Origin: Antedon mediterranea
Lineage: Eukaryota; Animalia; Echinodermata
Reading direction: 5' to 3'
DNA: 64,000 nt
NCBI RefSeq assembly: GCF_964355755.1
Contig: NC_092679.1
Coordinates: forward strand, 1,704,201 to 1,768,200
Shown piece after piece: positions 61,915-64,000 of the stretch. Under the pieces are notes generated by a model. That model searched no databases, was not told the origin of the DNA, and saw only the letters and a program-made list of their open reading frames with translations. A program made the translations under genes and the position numbers. Positions within the stretch are counted from its first letter, which is position 1, and each line of letters starts with the position of its first letter.

Positions 61915-64000
61915 CTATAGAACATCGCGTAAGAGACTAGCAATTAATTTGTTTAGGTGTTGGCTAATATCCATCCTGCCGTACTTTAAAAAAAAAACGA
62001 TAGTTTTAATGTAGGAAGAGTACAGAATGATGTATCTGATAAATAAATTATGTCAACAATTGTGAATTACTACTATTGTGAAAGGCTTGCTAAATATTAA
62101 ACTACGAACGATAATGGTGACACTTTTTGCGTAAACAAATTATTGTTGTTCAGGCTGAATATTTTTATAGGTGTTTTAATTTTAAGGTTATAATTATCAA
62201 TTTGTTTTGTATTCAAAGTATTTTATTTTTAGAACGCACCAATTTATTTTGCGCCACTTTAGAAAATAAATACATGTACTTGAATCGTGCTTGAATTATC
62301 GTGTTTGCCGCCCTCTACATTCAAACAGAAAGGTCAACATTTTAGTAGGCGTATCGCGACATCAGATCAGCACATACAAACAATTTCAATTCAAGATTTC
62401 ATATTGTAAATATTCGTATAGGAAAAATTGAATTATTTTAATTCTATTAATAGGTTTTAAACTTAATAATCCCTTAATAATTATGTGAGTTTCAGGCCCA
62501 CTCAGGAATGAGTCATGCACCCCCAAAATTCCCACTGCGGTGCGGTGGAATTCATCGTAACACCCACCTGACAATTAAAAACAAACCGTATTAAATTACT
62601 CAATAATGTTTTTTTCAATTATTTACAGGTAACGGAATAGTACAGTACCTTCTGTAAATATTTAGTTGATCCAAACCATTACATCTATTGCGTGATTTAA
62701 ATATCTCAAAATTCTGATTACAACCAATTATAGAGTCCCTTCTTTTGGACACACCCCCTTTTCAGGGACAGCTAACTCTATTAAAAGACACTTCTATATG
62801 AAACGAGCATGTGAAAACTTAAGGAAACGGCCTTAACGGGTATTCTACTGTATCTTTCTGTATTTATTTTGTAACTTTCCATCCATTAGTAAATAACCAA
62901 AAAAGACTAAACACGTTTATTACTTTTCCTCAAAAAGGACTGAGACATTTATTTTTCCTTTTGCATGTACAGATCTGGTATTAACCTTTGACCTTTGACC
63001 AAGCAATAACCTTGCTAAATAATTCCGGTAGTTACAATTGTATACTGTACAACAAAATTCTTTGATATAGTCAATGCTATCAATGCAGAAGTCAAAGTCA
63101 GTTAAATTAGTAAAATTGTAATATTTCACTAATTATCTTTGTAAAATATTCTACCAAAAAGTACTTAATGATTTATAAAAAGAATTACAATATTTGACTA
63201 CAAATTTGCATAAGAATAACAGATTGAAATCAATAGATTAGGTGTAGGAGATAAATTAATAAATATGATTAGAATAGACAATGATTTTGATGATAGAATC
63301 AACAGTTTCTTACATAAAAAAGTTTTTTGGATAAATGTTTAAATAATCTTTGGCTACCTACCAATTTAAGGTAAAATAGGTTCCTCAAATGGCATAGTAA
63401 TCTCACAAACATACACTTCAGAACACTAAACATTATAAAAAGGCAGTGGTTTTTATAAGGCTACAACCTGATTTAAAAACAAATCAAGTAAAAAATTCAT
63501 TTTATTCATCAATTTATAATAAATATGACTGATTAAACGAAAATAAATAAAGAGTTTATACTACATATATTAAATATCATGATCTCATCATTTTATATTG
63601 TGTATAATATTAAGAAATGACCAATCAACCACTATCATATTCCGATTGGCTAATAGTCTTATGACAATGATGTAATATCTATTTTTAGTAACAAGTCTCA
63701 ATCTCAGCAATTTGAGATGAGTTTTTCTGGCAATACCGATGAATTTAAAAGAAACGTCAAGATGAATAATTGTGAATCACATTTCCTACTTAAAAACTAT
63801 TCAAGGTTGACAAGAGAATAAATTATTATTTGAAAGCACATCGAATAAAACACCAAATATCAAGCCTTTTTACAAACATACATTTTAAACTACACCTAAC
63901 AATTCAACTTTTCATTAAATACTTTTTAACCATGCTTTAAATCATATTTTTATCATAGCATACACTCCAAATATTGCACATGCAAAAAAAACAAAACCAA

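Overview
AT-rich, intron-containing invertebrate (metazoan) genomic DNA; an echinoderm-like deuterostome is my unverified guess. It is not prokaryotic, so most ORF-track calls are exon fragments or noise. Gene models below were assembled by hand from GT/GC-AG junctions and phase continuity. (1) 1-13.9 kb, minus strand: tandem array of somatomedin-B + family-B 7TM (Methuselah/adhesion-like, no GPS motif) receptors. It has one copy running off the left edge, one intact copy, one copy with a frameshifted C-tail, and one truncated mosaic pseudogene. (2) 14.5-30 kb, plus strand: two tandem 10-exon SLCO4-like OATP transporters. (3) 32.3-48.7 kb, minus strand: a ~1108-aa type-I membrane protein (signal peptide, IGFBP, FN3, 4 VWC, FN3, 2 VWC, 2 FN3, TM, RRxS-repeat tail), between CRIM1 and Sas in architecture. 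(4) 50.6-51.5 kb: a BK-channel beta subunit (KCNMB)-like gene. (5) 53.5-60.7 kb: two tandem ATF3/JDP2-like bZIP genes, one canonical and one degenerate. MITEs, tRNA-derived SINEs and minisatellites are interspersed. Most notable: a 14x 63-bp array that multiplies a 5' splice site next to a splice-created RGD motif; a triplicated 3' splice site in the second SLCO gene; gene-conversion mosaics; and hairpin elements just after both SLCO stop codons.
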